Assembly (NCBI RefSeq): GCF_902713615.1
Contig: NW_024055487.1
Location: forward strand, 143,500-207,499
Direction: 5' to 3'
Length of the DNA stretch: 64,000 nt
From: Scyliorhinus canicula
Lineage: Eukaryota
Shown: piece by piece, positions 63,764 to 64,000 of the stretch
How positions within the stretch are numbered: position 1 is the stretch's first letter
How the letters are laid out: each line of letters begins with the position of its first letter
Notes under the pieces: generated by a model
The model's database searches: none
Told to the model about the DNA's origin: nothing
What the model saw: only the letters and a program-made list of their open reading frames with translations
Made by a program: the position numbers and the translations under genes

Positions 63764-64000
63764 CGCTGGCAATCAATGGACGTGCGGAATGTACAACCTC
63801 ACTGTGTTGCTGCAGATTCTGATGGTCTGTTTGAGAGGCCAGGCCCCTTGTTACAGACGACAGCTGTTTCTTAAATTAACAGATGTCTCAACATATAAAG
63901 CCGTGAGATGTAGAAATTATATCGAAATTAACATAAGATATATTTTGCTTAATGTCGGTCTCAAATTTGTGCTCTTTGGTCTCGAGGTCTGGTTCTCGTT

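Overview
Cartilaginous-fish (shark-type) genomic DNA from an antigen-receptor region, rich in HE1-type SINEs and CR1, L1, RTE and Rex/Babar LINE fragments. The minus strand carries a complete IgM heavy-chain gene (leader 51251-51296 to TM2 26293). Its V, D and J are already fused into one in-frame exon with no RSS (germline-joined). CH1-CH4, TM1 and TM2 are all open and splice-compatible, but the secretory tailpiece has both a +1 frameshift and a nonsense codon before its Cys. About 22 kb downstream of its TM2 exon, on the same strand, lie two intact TCR alpha/delta-type V segments (leader, V exon, 22/23-bp-spacer RSS), plus a probable third leader at the window edge. A two-exon GPR139/142-like GPCR (+) and a tRNA-Glu gene sit between the IgM gene and the TCR V segments. 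The J-Cmu intron contains an AGCT-dense 29-bp tandem array about 0.5 kb 5' of CH1 and a perfect 101-bp templated duplication. The right end is a duplicated and inverted tRNA cluster (Val, Arg) that includes a tRNA-Pro(TGG) with an 18-nt canonical-position intron. All analysis was done by eye; repeat boundaries are approximate.
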